Shown in pieces: positions 15,305 through 24,664 of a DNA stretch of 25,642 nucleotides (position 1 is the stretch's first letter; every line of letters starts with the position of its first letter). The notes under the pieces were generated by a model. The model saw only the letters and a list, made by a program, of their open reading frames with translations, made no database searches and was not told the DNA's origin. The DNA comes from a virus (taxonomy: Duplodnaviria; Caudoviricetes). The position numbers and the translations under genes are program-made. The stretch covers positions 1-25,642 of IMG/VR virus record IMGVR_UViG_3300027863_001452; one strand, given 5' to 3'.

Positions 15305-16846
15305 ATGAGCCTTTTCCCATACGAGTCACTAAAAAAAGAGGTTGCAAAAGTAAGGAGGAAACTTGGTGAGATAGAAGAACTTGACCTGTCTGACCCAGTC
15401 ACTTTTATAGAAAAATATGTTAGGAATCCTAAAGACCCAACTAAACCATTTTCTTTCGAGAAAAGAGACTATCTTCTTCCATTGTATCGTGACATGAGCA
15501 AGAAGATTGTGATTGTCAAGTCAAGGCAGATGGAGATAACAGAGTTTGCTGTGAACATGCTAATCTACTGGAGTCTTAAGCGTCCTGGAGTGTACGTTTA
15601 CGCCCAACCTACTCTTCCAAAGGTCGCAAGATTCTCAAAAGATAGGTTGAGGAAACAGATTCAGAGAAGTCCGACCTTGAAAAAGTTTCTTGGAGAAACT
15701 GATGTGAAAAGGATAGAGTTCGGTGAAAGCGTCATCTACCTATATTCTACGTTCGGTGAAATGGATACCTTGAGAGGCATTCCAGCAGATGCGGTTATAT
15801 TGGATGAGGTTCAGGACATGGACATCAGTGCCCTTGCAGTGGCAGAAGAAATGCTTTCCCACTCTGATTTCAAGAGAATGTGGTTGATTGGGACACCGAA
15901 GGAGGCGGGTTCAAAGTTCGAGGAACTCTGGAACATGAGCGACAAAAAGGAATGGGATGCTGAAAAGAAAATGTGGATTCCAACGAACACTGACAGGGAA
16001 ACATATTATTCAGGATACCATATTACGCAGAAGATGGCGATAGGATTGTGGATGACGGAAGAAGAGATTGAGAGAAAAAGGAAAACTTATACGAAACAGA
16101 GGTTTGTGAACGAGGTTCTTGGAGAATTCTATTCTGGTATAGGAAGACCTGTATCGTTTGAGGACGTGTGGAGATGTTTCACTCCTCTCATCAAGAAGGG
16201 TGTGTTGGAGAAGGGGAGACAATATTATGCTGGAATAGACTGGGGTGTTGGAAGAAAAGCCTATACAGTGTTCGTTCTCATGACGCCAATGTTGAAAGAG
16301 TATCCTGACATCTACTACTATGATGTCGTTTACGTGAAAAGAATAGACTATCCTGAAATATCACAGCATGTGGAAGAATGCAAGAACCTTATCAAGAAAT
16401 TTAATCCTCTCGCAATAGGATGTGATATTGGCATGGGCTATGTCCAGAACCAGGAACTGTATAAGACTTTTGGAAGCATTATCGTTAACGTCCAATACTT
16501 GAACAGGCCTGACAAGACTTTTGAAGTTGAACCATCCATATTTGGCACTTTTGCTAAAGTTGATAGGACAACGTGGATAGACCTCTTCTATGACAAGATA
16601 ACCAAGGGACTGCTTAGAATATACGAGGACGAAGACGATGACATTAAAGAGTGGATTGTCAACAACATTCTTGCCGAATATCCTGAAGTTGAAGAATTGC
16701 CAAGCGGTAGAAGGATAAAGAAGTGGGTTCACGATAGTGAACAGACAGACGACCTTCTCCATGCACTCATATATTCTATGGTCGCATTCGAGACGAGGAA
16801 AGAGATTGTTGGACACGTGGACGAATACGTTGGCTTCGTTTCATGA
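15305..16846 (+). CDS. terL: Terminase large subunit
   Basis: KSRQMEITE Walker-A-like, VILDEVQD Walker B, IGTP motif III, GIDWG and DDLLHA RNase-H nuclease motifs; ATG 15305 lies ~25 nt after TTTATATA (ORF track starts at 15239). Confidence 0.92.
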   Translation: MSLFPYESLKKEVAKVRRKLGEIEELDLSDPVTFIEKYVRNPKDPTKPFSFEKRDYLLPLYRDMSKKIVIVKSRQMEITEFAVNMLIYWSLKRPGVYVYAQPTLPKVARFSKDRLRKQIQRSPTLKKFLGETDVKRIEFGESVIYLYSTFGEMDTLRGIPADAVILDEVQDMDISALAVAEEMLSHSDFKRMWLIGTPKEAGSKFEELWNMSDKKEWDAEKKMWIPTNTDRETYYSGYHITQKMAIGLWMTEEEIERKRKTYTKQRFVNEVLGEFYSGIGRPVSFEDVWRCFTPLIKKGVLEKGRQYYAGIDWGVGRKAYTVFVLMTPMLKEYPDIYYYDVVYVKRIDYPEISQHVEECKNLIKKFNPLAIGCDIGMGYVQNQELYKTFGSIIVNVQYLNRPDKTFEVEPSIFGTFAKVDRTTWIDLFYDKITKGLLRIYEDEDDDIKEWIVNNILAEYPEVEELPSGRRIKKWVHDSEQTDDLLHALIYSMVAFETRKEIVGHVDEYVGFVS

Positions 16847-18019
16847 TTGAGACTTTGTATTCTTCACTATCTCTCTAACGATTGCTGAAATATTGTAGGT
16901 TCTAGCCAACGCCGAACCTGCTTCACGAATGCCTCCACCATCTAATATGCTCTTGTCGCATTGGGAAAAGACTTTTCCAACATGGATTTTTCCATCGCTT
17001 CTTGCACTAACGTAGACTATATTTTTTTCGGGTATAATGTTTATGACAAACTGAGGCTTTCTTGTTTCACTCAATCTCAGGTTACAGATTGCACTTCCAA
17101 GATTCCATTTGTGTTTGATGATTGAAATCTGGAAAGTTTCATAGTCTAAAGTGAAAATGTTTCCTCTGTCAAGAACCTTTTTCCATTCAGTTCTCCAGGA
17201 AAGAAGTAGTTCAGCAATCTTCTGTACCGATGGAGGATATGATGGTAGAACGTTAACTATCTTCTTGTCCTCGCTCTTGTACAGTTTTCCAAGCTCACCT
17301 TCTATCTCACCATATAATGTTATGAAATCGTATCCCTTATGTTCTATGTCTCTTAAAAACTCCATTAGAAGAGGCGATGCTTCATCATAGATGATTCTTC
17401 TTGGCACGTGAAAAAATTGTACGATAGCATCTATTATACTCCATTTGAATGTCGCATTTGTTCCATAGTAGATTGTTCCAGCATATTCTGGATATTTTGA
17501 AAGAAGTTTTCCATATATTTCTCCACCAATCTTCTTGTCTGTTGAAACGTCTGCTACAAGTCCGAGGATGGTAAGTTTCTCCAAAAACTCTGAGACCTTC
17601 ATCCCATGAGATTGGATGTAAAGGTAGCAGTAGCCTGTTGTACAATTTTCTGTCGAACTAAAGTATTCGAGATAGCCTGTCTTCTTCAACTCCTCAAGAA
17701 ATGACAAGAATTTCATGTACTCTTTTTCTCCCAAGACTTCAAGTTCTGGAGGATGGTTGTCGAGAATAGTAACTGTAATCTTTTTGTCTATAAGAGGTTT
17801 AATTCTTTGGAGAACATCTATTCCGCTTCCAATGTCAAGGACATAGACTTGCGATGGCTGATATGATAGAATTTGTTCTACATCCTTTTCTGTTAAACCG
17901 AACTTGTCCCATGTTTGAAAGATAACCTTATGCCTTTCTCCTATACTTGATAGATAAGATGATATCATGTAGGCGGATATTACTCCGTCTGCGTCATCGT
18001 CTGAAAACACTATTTTCAT
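16841..18019 (-). CDS. DHH-DHHA1 family phosphoesterase (RecJ/GAN/Cdc45-like)
   Basis: DADG motif I, VLDIG motif II, LDNH motif III, GLVAD motif IV, SAR...GGG C-terminal motif. Confidence 0.8.
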   Translation of the reverse strand: MKIVFSDDDADGVISAYMISSYLSSIGERHKVIFQTWDKFGLTEKDVEQILSYQPSQVYVLDIGSGIDVLQRIKPLIDKKITVTILDNHPPELEVLGEKEYMKFLSFLEELKKTGYLEYFSSTENCTTGYCYLYIQSHGMKVSEFLEKLTILGLVADVSTDKKIGGEIYGKLLSKYPEYAGTIYYGTNATFKWSIIDAIVQFFHVPRRIIYDEASPLLMEFLRDIEHKGYDFITLYGEIEGELGKLYKSEDKKIVNVLPSYPPSVQKIAELLLSWRTEWKKVLDRGNIFTLDYETFQISIIKHKWNLGSAICNLRLSETRKPQFVINIIPEKNIVYVSARSDGKIHVGKVFSQCDKSILDGGGIREAGSALARTYNISAIVREIVKNTKSQS

Positions 18020-18052
18020 AGTCTATGGTAGCATGGCACTTATTTATAAATT

Positions 18053-18343
18053 TTATTTTATGATGTGGAAGACTTCTGTCGGGTAATCTAATTGTACTCC
18101 TCCTCTTTCGTCAAAGTCGAACAGGAACGAAATGTTTTCTAAAACCATGTTCTCTACCTTTATCTTCTCAATCTCCTTTTTCAGGTCATCCAAGGTATTA
18201 TATTTTGCAACCTTAACCTCTTTAATGAAATCGTAAACCTTCTCATACAGTTCTCTTACCTCATACGCTTCCAAGTTTTTTGGAGAATGGAAGGTAAGCT
18301 GTACAGTAAGCCATCCAAGATTATATGTTGCAGTAACCTTCAT
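18053..18343 (-). CDS. Hypothetical protein (96 aa)
   Basis: ORF tightly packed between co-oriented genes. Confidence 0.7.
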   Translation of the reverse strand: MKVTATYNLGWLTVQLTFHSPKNLEAYEVRELYEKVYDFIKEVKVAKYNTLDDLKKEIEKIKVENMVLENISFLFDFDERGGVQLDYPTEVFHIIK

Positions 18344-18344
18344 C

Positions 18345-18536
18345 CTACTTCACTTTTTTCACATAGTCTACTGCTGTCTTGGTAACATATCCTATGATGA
18401 AGAGGAGGATTTTGAGGAAGTCGTCTGGAGAAAGCTTGTTCAATCCCGTTAGGATGGCACAGGCTATGATGGCTATGATAAACAATAATGTTGTCTTATC
18501 CAGTAGGTCTGACAATGTTGGCATAAGATAGCTCAT
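18345..18536 (-). CDS. Small two-TM membrane protein (holin-like topology)
   Basis: Two hydrophobic helices and basic C-terminus KKVK. Confidence 0.65.
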   Translation of the reverse strand: MSYLMPTLSDLLDKTTLLFIIAIIACAILTGLNKLSPDDFLKILLFIIGYVTKTAVDYVKKVK

Positions 18537-18605
18537 ATTATACTATTTTATAAACTTTTCTCAAAACAGTAATCTTTAAAAAAGGGAAATGTAGAATATG
18601 GTGCG

Positions 18606-18824
18606 ATGAACGTAGACGAAAAGAAGTTGAAAGAGTTTCTGGAAAAACTTTTCTTAGAGAATGTTATAGATGTTGAGAAGGGAGTTCCGATAACAGCAGT
18701 AGAAAAGGAATATGACAAGGTTTTTCTTGAAGAATGTTTTTTGAGAAAATATATTTGTGTTGAAAGCGGTAAACTGTTTTTGAGCCAAAAGGGGGTGCAA
18801 TATATTCTTGCAATGTACAGTTGA
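18606..18824 (+). CDS. Small winged-helix-like protein
   Basis: C-terminal LRKYI...GKLFLSQKG resembles the wHTH wing (xLTxKG); TTTAAAAA promoter at ~18575. Confidence 0.55.
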   Translation: MNVDEKKLKEFLEKLFLENVIDVEKGVPITAVEKEYDKVFLEECFLRKYICVESGKLFLSQKGVQYILAMYS

Positions 18825-19050
18825 AGTTGACGAGAAAAAGCTTCTTGAGAAGGTTAAGATTTTCAAGAGCGGTGGAACATATGTTGGCATTATCCCATCG
18901 TTTAGCAAACCTGACGTGAACTACACTGTCGTATTCGACCTCGCCTCATCTCATATATCGTGTACTTGTCCTCATTTTGTTTACAGACAGAAGCCTTGCA
19001 AGCACATTGGACTGTTTATTAAAGCCATGAAAGAAAAGGGGTTCACGTGA
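18808..19050 (+). CDS. SWIM zinc-finger protein
   Basis: YTV...SCTCPHFVYRQKPCKHI (CxC-xn-CxH). Confidence 0.85.
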   Translation: MQCTVEVDEKKLLEKVKIFKSGGTYVGIIPSFSKPDVNYTVVFDLASSHISCTCPHFVYRQKPCKHIGLFIKAMKEKGFT

Positions 19051-22000
19051 AAAACTTTTCTATCTTCTCCGTCTTATCTTCTGACACGAAAATTCCAAGC
19101 CTCTTCAGTATCGGCATAATCTGGTTCTTTTCATAGTAGGTGTAGTCTATTTCACCTTTTTTGACGAAGTCAACTATTTTTGGAACACCTTTTCTGCAAA
19201 TAACATAGTGTATGACACCATATTTTTTAAAGTCTTCTGTGACAAGACCCTTTTCTATCGCATCACGTAATGCTTTCACATGCTGTGCGTTCACCTTATA
19301 TTCTTCAAGACCTTTTGAAACACTTTTGCTTAGGACAAGCATATCATCATATTTTCCACGTTTCATGTCATCTATAACTTTTCTCGCATACTCTTCAATC
19401 TCTTTTCTCGTCTTACCTTCTAAAAGCATTCTGATAACATCCTCTTGAACTTTTTTTGCAAGGTCACAGTTACCACACCATATTGGTTTTCCTTTGTATC
19501 TTACAAATATGATACCATTAGGAACTGTAACACAGAACACTTTTCCTCTATAATTTATTCTTTTAATATCTTTCTTTTCAACATAACCTTCATGAAATTT
19601 TCTTTCTCTAATCCTATATATTAAACGTTTTCCTTTATATCCCTTCTCTGTACACTCTCTTATTGTTCCCAAAGAACCACATTTTAATAACATTTCTTGT
19701 AAATCATCTGCCAAACGTTTAGAAGATGTACAGTATTCTTTAGAACCATGACTGATATAACCATCAAATTCTACAAAAGTATCTAAGAAACATCTTATCA
19801 TATTACTTTCCAATTCCTTTATATTTTGGTCAACAAATTTGTCCTTCGCATGCCCATATTTGCTTAACATTTTCGCTAAAGCAGACGAATATATTGTAAA
19901 TGTAGTTACTCCTTTTTTATCTGTTTTTTCTGTATATTTGAATGGCAATTTATTCAATATTTCTCTAACCAGTTGAATCTTATTTTTCTGTCCTATACGC
20001 ACTTTCCTTTTATCTGCCCACCCTTCTGCTAACCATAAAGCCATGAATCTCACCCAATCCTCGGTTTTGATTTTATACCCTACTACATCAAAATAATCTT
20101 TTTTCTTTCCTTGCCATTTCGCCGTCCTCAAAAATCTATAATATGATTTCACCAGATTTCTTGCTTCAATAAACTTATACTCTTTACTCTCGTTTTCTTT
20201 AACAAGCATTCTATGTTCTGGTGTTACACCAATTTCTATACTCTTATTTTCTATTTTAATAATCTCACCATCATAATCTTTTCGTATTATTTTGATTGGT
20301 TTCTGATATTCAAGAAAGCCATCTTTTCCTAATGTTGCAACAAAATCTTCTTCCGTTACATCTCTAAAGTTCTTCCAACCATTTATTGTTAATATCTCTG
20401 TACCATCTATAAAACACCAGTCGCCTCTCTCATGTTCTAATCCAACTATCTCCATCATGTTTTTTTCACCATTTTTTCCAACCGCTATTATTCCAGCATA
20501 CCTTTTCTTTACAGACGTTCCAGCACTTGAAAGGGGAAAGAGGATTTTACTCCAGTATCCTTCAAACTTCATTCTAATGTTGGAAACGTTAAACTGTTGC
20601 CTTATCGCCTCATTGATAAGGTTCTGTATAATATCCTTTTTCTCGAAAGGTGCTTGGATGAAGATAGAGTCAGTGTCACCGTAGATGACCTTGAAACCTA
20701 TGCTTTCAATAAACTTGATTGTGAAGAGAATTATTTCTCTACCTTTTTCCGCAACCTTTTCTCCAACCTCTGAAGAGTATACTCTACTGTATGGGCTACT
20801 GAAGAAACCGTACATGCTGTTGACGAGAAGCTTGTAGGCCATGTATTCTATCTCATCTTTTGCCTTCTCCTTCTGCTCCAAATATTCTTTCACTATCGGT
20901 ATAAAAACCTCTTTTCTATCCCAAGGTGCAAGTTCAAATCCTATGAGGATATTCGGGTAAAGTGAATTGTGTGTTAGGATGCCGTTTGCAAAATAGTATG
21001 GAAATTCCTCCCATTCTAACGTTATATCGTAAACGGGCCCATTATACTTATATGTTTCTATATTTTTGATTTTCTCGATGGAAACATAAGGGTTTCTGTT
21101 TCTATTACCCTTACATATTACATGCATACATAATCCGAATTTTGGATGTTTCCCCATTCTCTTTGAACCTAAAATCCTTTCACGAATAATGTTACGAAGT
21201 TTCTCGTTTTTAACTGAGGAGATAAATCCGATTTCAGTATAAAATTTCAGAAGAGAATAGAGACCTTTCAGTTCACAGTACCAATTTGAATATGTACGGT
21301 TACATTTGTTTTTATATGAATATTTATGGGAGTTGAAGGATATTCCAACATCATTCAAAAATTGAGAAATTATTTTGAGCTTTTCTTCATTAACCGTTGA
21401 CTGAATAAATTCAATTGTCTTACGTTTTATGTTAACTGTGCCGTCTCCTTCAAAAAATCCAGATAAGAATGAAAGTTTCTCTTCTAATGAGGGATTTTTT
21501 AAGAAGTCTTCTAACCTTCGGATGAAGTCGAGAACAATATTCTTTTTCGAGAATACTAAATCGACGCCTTTTGAATTTTTCTTTCTTTTCTCATAAATGT
21601 GGATAGATGGATATTCTGAAGTTAAAGTGGAGACAATAAAATCTCTTAATTCCTTCTCATCGCTTGAAATAGAGAAAGAGATACGATATTGGTGTGAAAC
21701 TCTTTTACAGTTTCTTGTTTTGTCAAAGTATGGAATATCTTTTCTTAGAAAACTTCCTTCGGCAAAAAATATTCCAAACAGTTTAGCCATTTTGTTTTCA
21801 TTATAAACAGGCGGGTTTCCTTGAAATACAATCAGTTTTTCTCCTTTCCTCAATTCTTCAGCCATTCTCTCTTTTATCTTGTTTCCGATGATGACGGGAA
21901 ACTTATGTTGTAAAGTAGCATCTATTGTTTTACCGCTTTCAAGCTCTATTTTTCTCAACAGTGAATTAATGTTGTAGATATGAATTTTTTTAACATGTTG

Positions 22001-23158
22001 CCAACCGTATGGTGTTAAAACCTCCTCTCCCTCTCTTAGAGAAGAGATTTGTGTTAACCCATGTCTTGTAATCACAAGAGTGTCTCCCCTGAGACAAGAG
22101 AAATCATATTGGAGAATGTTCTCATATATTCCTGATTTTGGCATGTGAATGTATGCACCCTTGTATTTTTCATGTGTTCGTTCCACATATGATGGACACA
22201 CGTAACCAAGTGCTCTAGCACGTTTCAAGATAATGTTGGTGTGAACAGGTGAAGGTGTTACAGTGTTCTTGTCCTCACGTTTGCCTAAAACGAGGTCTGG
22301 AAAAAGGTTTGACATTTGAGCCAAATGAATTGCGAGCTTGCTGAAATGAAATTTCATGTCAACTTTTTCTGTCATAAGAGTATCCCACACATTTCTTTCC
22401 CTTATCTCCTCCTCTTTCAAGTCCTTCATTCTCTTACCCTCATAAGGTTTGGTTTCATTAAATTCTTTTGCCACATAAGATAGACTGTACCTTGACCTGT
22501 TGACCGTATAACGGTAAAATTGCATTATGTCTAGGAATCTGATAGAATGTTCATCGACATTGACACCATTCTTTCTACACCTTTTAACAAAATACTCTTT
22601 GTCCCAGTCACTGTTCCAGCCAATTAGTAGGCGAACATGTTCTTCTTTTAGGTAGGAGAGGAAATTGGATAAAATGTCCTTCTCGTCTCCCTGAAACGTT
22701 TCTATCCCATCTCTTTTCACTGAAATCGCTATAATCGGTTCTGATGCCGTCTCCTGGTCTGGGAAACCGTTTGTGTCCAAAACCTCTATATCCCAATATG
22801 CTTTCACGTTCTCGTAAGATGGGCATTTGATGCTATTGTCTATCATCCACCGTTTCGTATACGGTATGTCTCCCTCGTACACTCTTCTACCGAACCTTTC
22901 AATATTGTCTCGAAAGTTTTTCACATGTGCTGGAAACATGAAAGAATATTTTTTCACGTTCTCGTTCGTGTCAAGTGTCTTGAGAGAAGTGTTTTCTACT
23001 CGTATTGGAAACTTTGATTCGACATCGTATGCTGATGGAACAAAACAGTATGGTTCAGGATATGCTTCAACCTCTTCCACATCGTTTTCAGTGTAAAGTT
23101 TCATGTACAGTTTCCCGTTCTTGACAACATAGTTGGCGGAACAGACACCTGCTGTCAT
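19043..23158 (-). CDS. polB: Family B DNA polymerase with two inteins (678-aa extein)
   Basis: ExoI WDIE, ExoII GWNSDWD, motif A YDFS|SLYP, motif B KLLVNSMYG, motif C YGDTDS, KKRY. Confidence 0.96.
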   Translation of the reverse strand: MTAGVCSANYVVKNGKLYMKLYTENDVEEVEAYPEPYCFVPSAYDVESKFPIRVENTSLKTLDTNENVKKYSFMFPAHVKNFRDNIERFGRRVYEGDIPYTKRWMIDNSIKCPSYENVKAYWDIEVLDTNGFPDQETASEPIIAISVKRDGIETFQGDEKDILSNFLSYLKEEHVRLLIGWNSDWDKEYFVKRCRKNGVNVDEHSIRFLDIMQFYRYTVNRSRYSLSYVAKEFNETKPYEGKRMKDLKEEEIRERNVWDTLMTEKVDMKFHFSKLAIHLAQMSNLFPDLVLGKREDKNTVTPSPVHTNIILKRARALGYVCPSYVERTHEKYKGAYIHMPKSGIYENILQYDFSCLRGDTLVITRHGLTQISSLREGEEVLTPYGWQHVKKIHIYNINSLLRKIELESGKTIDATLQHKFPVIIGNKIKERMAEELRKGEKLIVFQGNPPVYNENKMAKLFGIFFAEGSFLRKDIPYFDKTRNCKRVSHQYRISFSISSDEKELRDFIVSTLTSEYPSIHIYEKRKKNSKGVDLVFSKKNIVLDFIRRLEDFLKNPSLEEKLSFLSGFFEGDGTVNIKRKTIEFIQSTVNEEKLKIISQFLNDVGISFNSHKYSYKNKCNRTYSNWYCELKGLYSLLKFYTEIGFISSVKNEKLRNIIRERILGSKRMGKHPKFGLCMHVICKGNRNRNPYVSIEKIKNIETYKYNGPVYDITLEWEEFPYYFANGILTHNSLYPNILIGFELAPWDRKEVFIPIVKEYLEQKEKAKDEIEYMAYKLLVNSMYGFFSSPYSRVYSSEVGEKVAEKGREIILFTIKFIESIGFKVIYGDTDSIFIQAPFEKKDIIQNLINEAIRQQFNVSNIRMKFEGYWSKILFPLSSAGTSVKKRYAGIIAVGKNGEKNMMEIVGLEHERGDWCFIDGTEILTINGWKNFRDVTEEDFVATLGKDGFLEYQKPIKIIRKDYDGEIIKIENKSIEIGVTPEHRMLVKENESKEYKFIEARNLVKSYYRFLRTAKWQGKKKDYFDVVGYKIKTEDWVRFMALWLAEGWADKRKVRIGQKNKIQLVREILNKLPFKYTEKTDKKGVTTFTIYSSALAKMLSKYGHAKDKFVDQNIKELESNMIRCFLDTFVEFDGYISHGSKEYCTSSKRLADDLQEMLLKCGSLGTIRECTEKGYKGKRLIYRIRERKFHEGYVEKKDIKRINYRGKVFCVTVPNGIIFVRYKGKPIWCGNCDLAKKVQEDVIRMLLEGKTRKEIEEYARKVIDDMKRGKYDDMLVLSKSVSKGLEEYKVNAQHVKALRDAIEKGLVTEDFKKYGVIHYVICRKGVPKIVDFVKKGEIDYTYYEKNQIMPILKRLGIFVSEDKTEKIEKFFT
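19469..20416 (-). mobile_element. Intein 2 (316 aa) with LAGLIDADG-type domain, at RGDW|C in the thumb
   Basis: Starts CFIDGTEILT, block B VTPEHRM, ALWLAEG and DTFVEFDG, ends VFCVTV...WCGN followed by Cys. Confidence 0.9.
20966..22096 (-). mobile_element. Intein 1 (377 aa) with LAGLIDADG homing endonuclease, in Pol motif A
   Basis: Starts CLRGDTLV, block B ATLQHKF, LAGLIDADG blocks GIFFAEG and SGFFEGDG, ends VYDI...ANGILTHN followed by Ser. Confidence 0.93.
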
Positions 23159-23559
23159 TCGACAATCTCCTTTACAATTTCATAGAGGTCTGGATGGTTT
23201 TCTTTTAACGTGGAAAGTTTAGGAGGACGAAGGTTTATTCTCCTAGCCCTTAAAACATGATATTCTATCTGTTCATCGGCATCTGTTTCAGCCACCACCT
23301 TACACTGGTTAATATATTCTCTACAAACTTTCATAGCCTCCTCGTCAGACAGTTTCAGTATGTTCACGCAAAATGGTGCAATGATAAGCCAAAGTATCCT
23401 ATGTCTTCCATCAGAAACCGGATGAAGGAGTAGTCGGTAAACATAATCGTATTCGTCCAAAAAATTGGTGGGAGATGAAATACTTTCCTCATAAGATTTT
23501 GTCTTCATGAAATTTGTTGTAGAATATTTTTTTCTGATATCATCCCATGAGGAAAGCAT
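23155..23559 (-). CDS. PriX-like (primase X / PriL C-terminal-like) protein
   Basis: DGRHRILWLIIAPFCVNILKLSDEEA and LRPPKLSTLKENHPDLY resemble the Sulfolobus PriX pattern; stop overlaps the polB start. Confidence 0.7.
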   Translation of the reverse strand: MLSSWDDIRKKYSTTNFMKTKSYEESISSPTNFLDEYDYVYRLLLHPVSDGRHRILWLIIAPFCVNILKLSDEEAMKVCREYINQCKVVAETDADEQIEYHVLRARRINLRPPKLSTLKENHPDLYEIVKEIVE

Positions 23560-23560
23560 T

Positions 23561-24364
23561 TCACCTCTTAACCTCCTCCCTCAGTTCCCTCAATTTCTCA
23601 GGACTTATTTTTGAGAATCCGTTGCCGTCAATGAGAAGCTCATATCTTTTCTCCCAAGCAGGTAACGTTGGATATCTGACTACAAAGAGAACCCTATGTC
23701 CATGAAGTTTCTCCGCCCTCGATTCAATATAGAGAAGGTTTTTTGTGTAATGTCCAATTATTTTTCCACCCTTGTATAAGATGCTTTCTCTACTCTGAAA
23801 CGGTGCTGTCGGATTAAACGAGATATGGTTTGTTGTGAAAATGTAGACATCTGATGAGGAAAGGGCTAAAGCACTTGTCAAGCTTGAAAAGAGGATTTCT
23901 TCTGCACCGCTTCTTAATGGAAGATTCTGTCTCCCACCCTGCATAAGGGGGTCAGCGACAGTAGTAATAGAGTCGATGACAACATAGGAAATATTGTTCT
24001 TTTTCAATGTGCTAAGAAACTCTCCCTTTTCAATGTTCATTTCCTCTATCACGAACTCGTTTTTTCCACCGAGAATAATTTTTCCTTTCACTCCAAGAAA
24101 GTTTAAGAGTGTGTCGATGGTTGGAAAATATTTGAAGACAATAGAAGGTTTCACATTATATTTTCTTTCGAAAATGTCATGCCATAGTTCAATAAAGAAT
24201 GGGCTTGCCTCCTCTGTCGATATAAAAAGAATGTTTCCCTTGGTCTGAGAGCATACCATGTAACCTTGTTCTAGAGAATACAATGTTTTCCCCGTCTGCG
24301 GTAAACCCATTATACCGCTAATGATTCTGGGAGGATAGACTTCTTCTGTCAGTAGGAAGTTCAT
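23561..24364 (-). CDS. RadA/RecA-family ATPase (core domain only)
   Basis: Walker A GLPQTGKT, FISTEE, Walker B VVIDSIT, TNH, GGKIIGH; no N-terminal HhH domain. Confidence 0.85.
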   Translation of the reverse strand: MNFLLTEEVYPPRIISGIMGLPQTGKTLYSLEQGYMVCSQTKGNILFISTEEASPFFIELWHDIFERKYNVKPSIVFKYFPTIDTLLNFLGVKGKIILGGKNEFVIEEMNIEKGEFLSTLKKNNISYVVIDSITTVADPLMQGGRQNLPLRSGAEEILFSSLTSALALSSSDVYIFTTNHISFNPTAPFQSRESILYKGGKIIGHYTKNLLYIESRAEKLHGHRVLFVVRYPTLPAWEKRYELLIDGNGFSKISPEKLRELREEVKR

Positions 24365-24397
24365 ACCCTTACCTTCACCTCATCCATTTATAAACTT

Positions 24398-24664
24398 TTA
24401 GGGATACTTGCGAGGATTCCATCTCTTCCTCTGCATTTCATGAATGTCTTGAACCGTCAGCCTCTGCATCTGCTGAATATACTCTTCTTTTGAAGCAAGC
24501 TTTGGACTGAAAGAGTATGCACCACATACTGGACATTGGACAGCACCTAATGCTCTAACACCCCATCTGAAAATGAAACCGCACAGTTGGCATTTTACGA
24601 AAACATAATATTCCCAGGGTAGCCCATACACTTCATCTATTGCTCTACGGTTACGCATACTCAA
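24398..24664 (-). CDS. Zinc-ribbon protein
   Basis: CQLCG...CPVCG. Confidence 0.7.
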   Translation of the reverse strand: MSMRNRRAIDEVYGLPWEYYVFVKCQLCGFIFRWGVRALGAVQCPVCGAYSFSPKLASKEEYIQQMQRLTVQDIHEMQRKRWNPRKYP

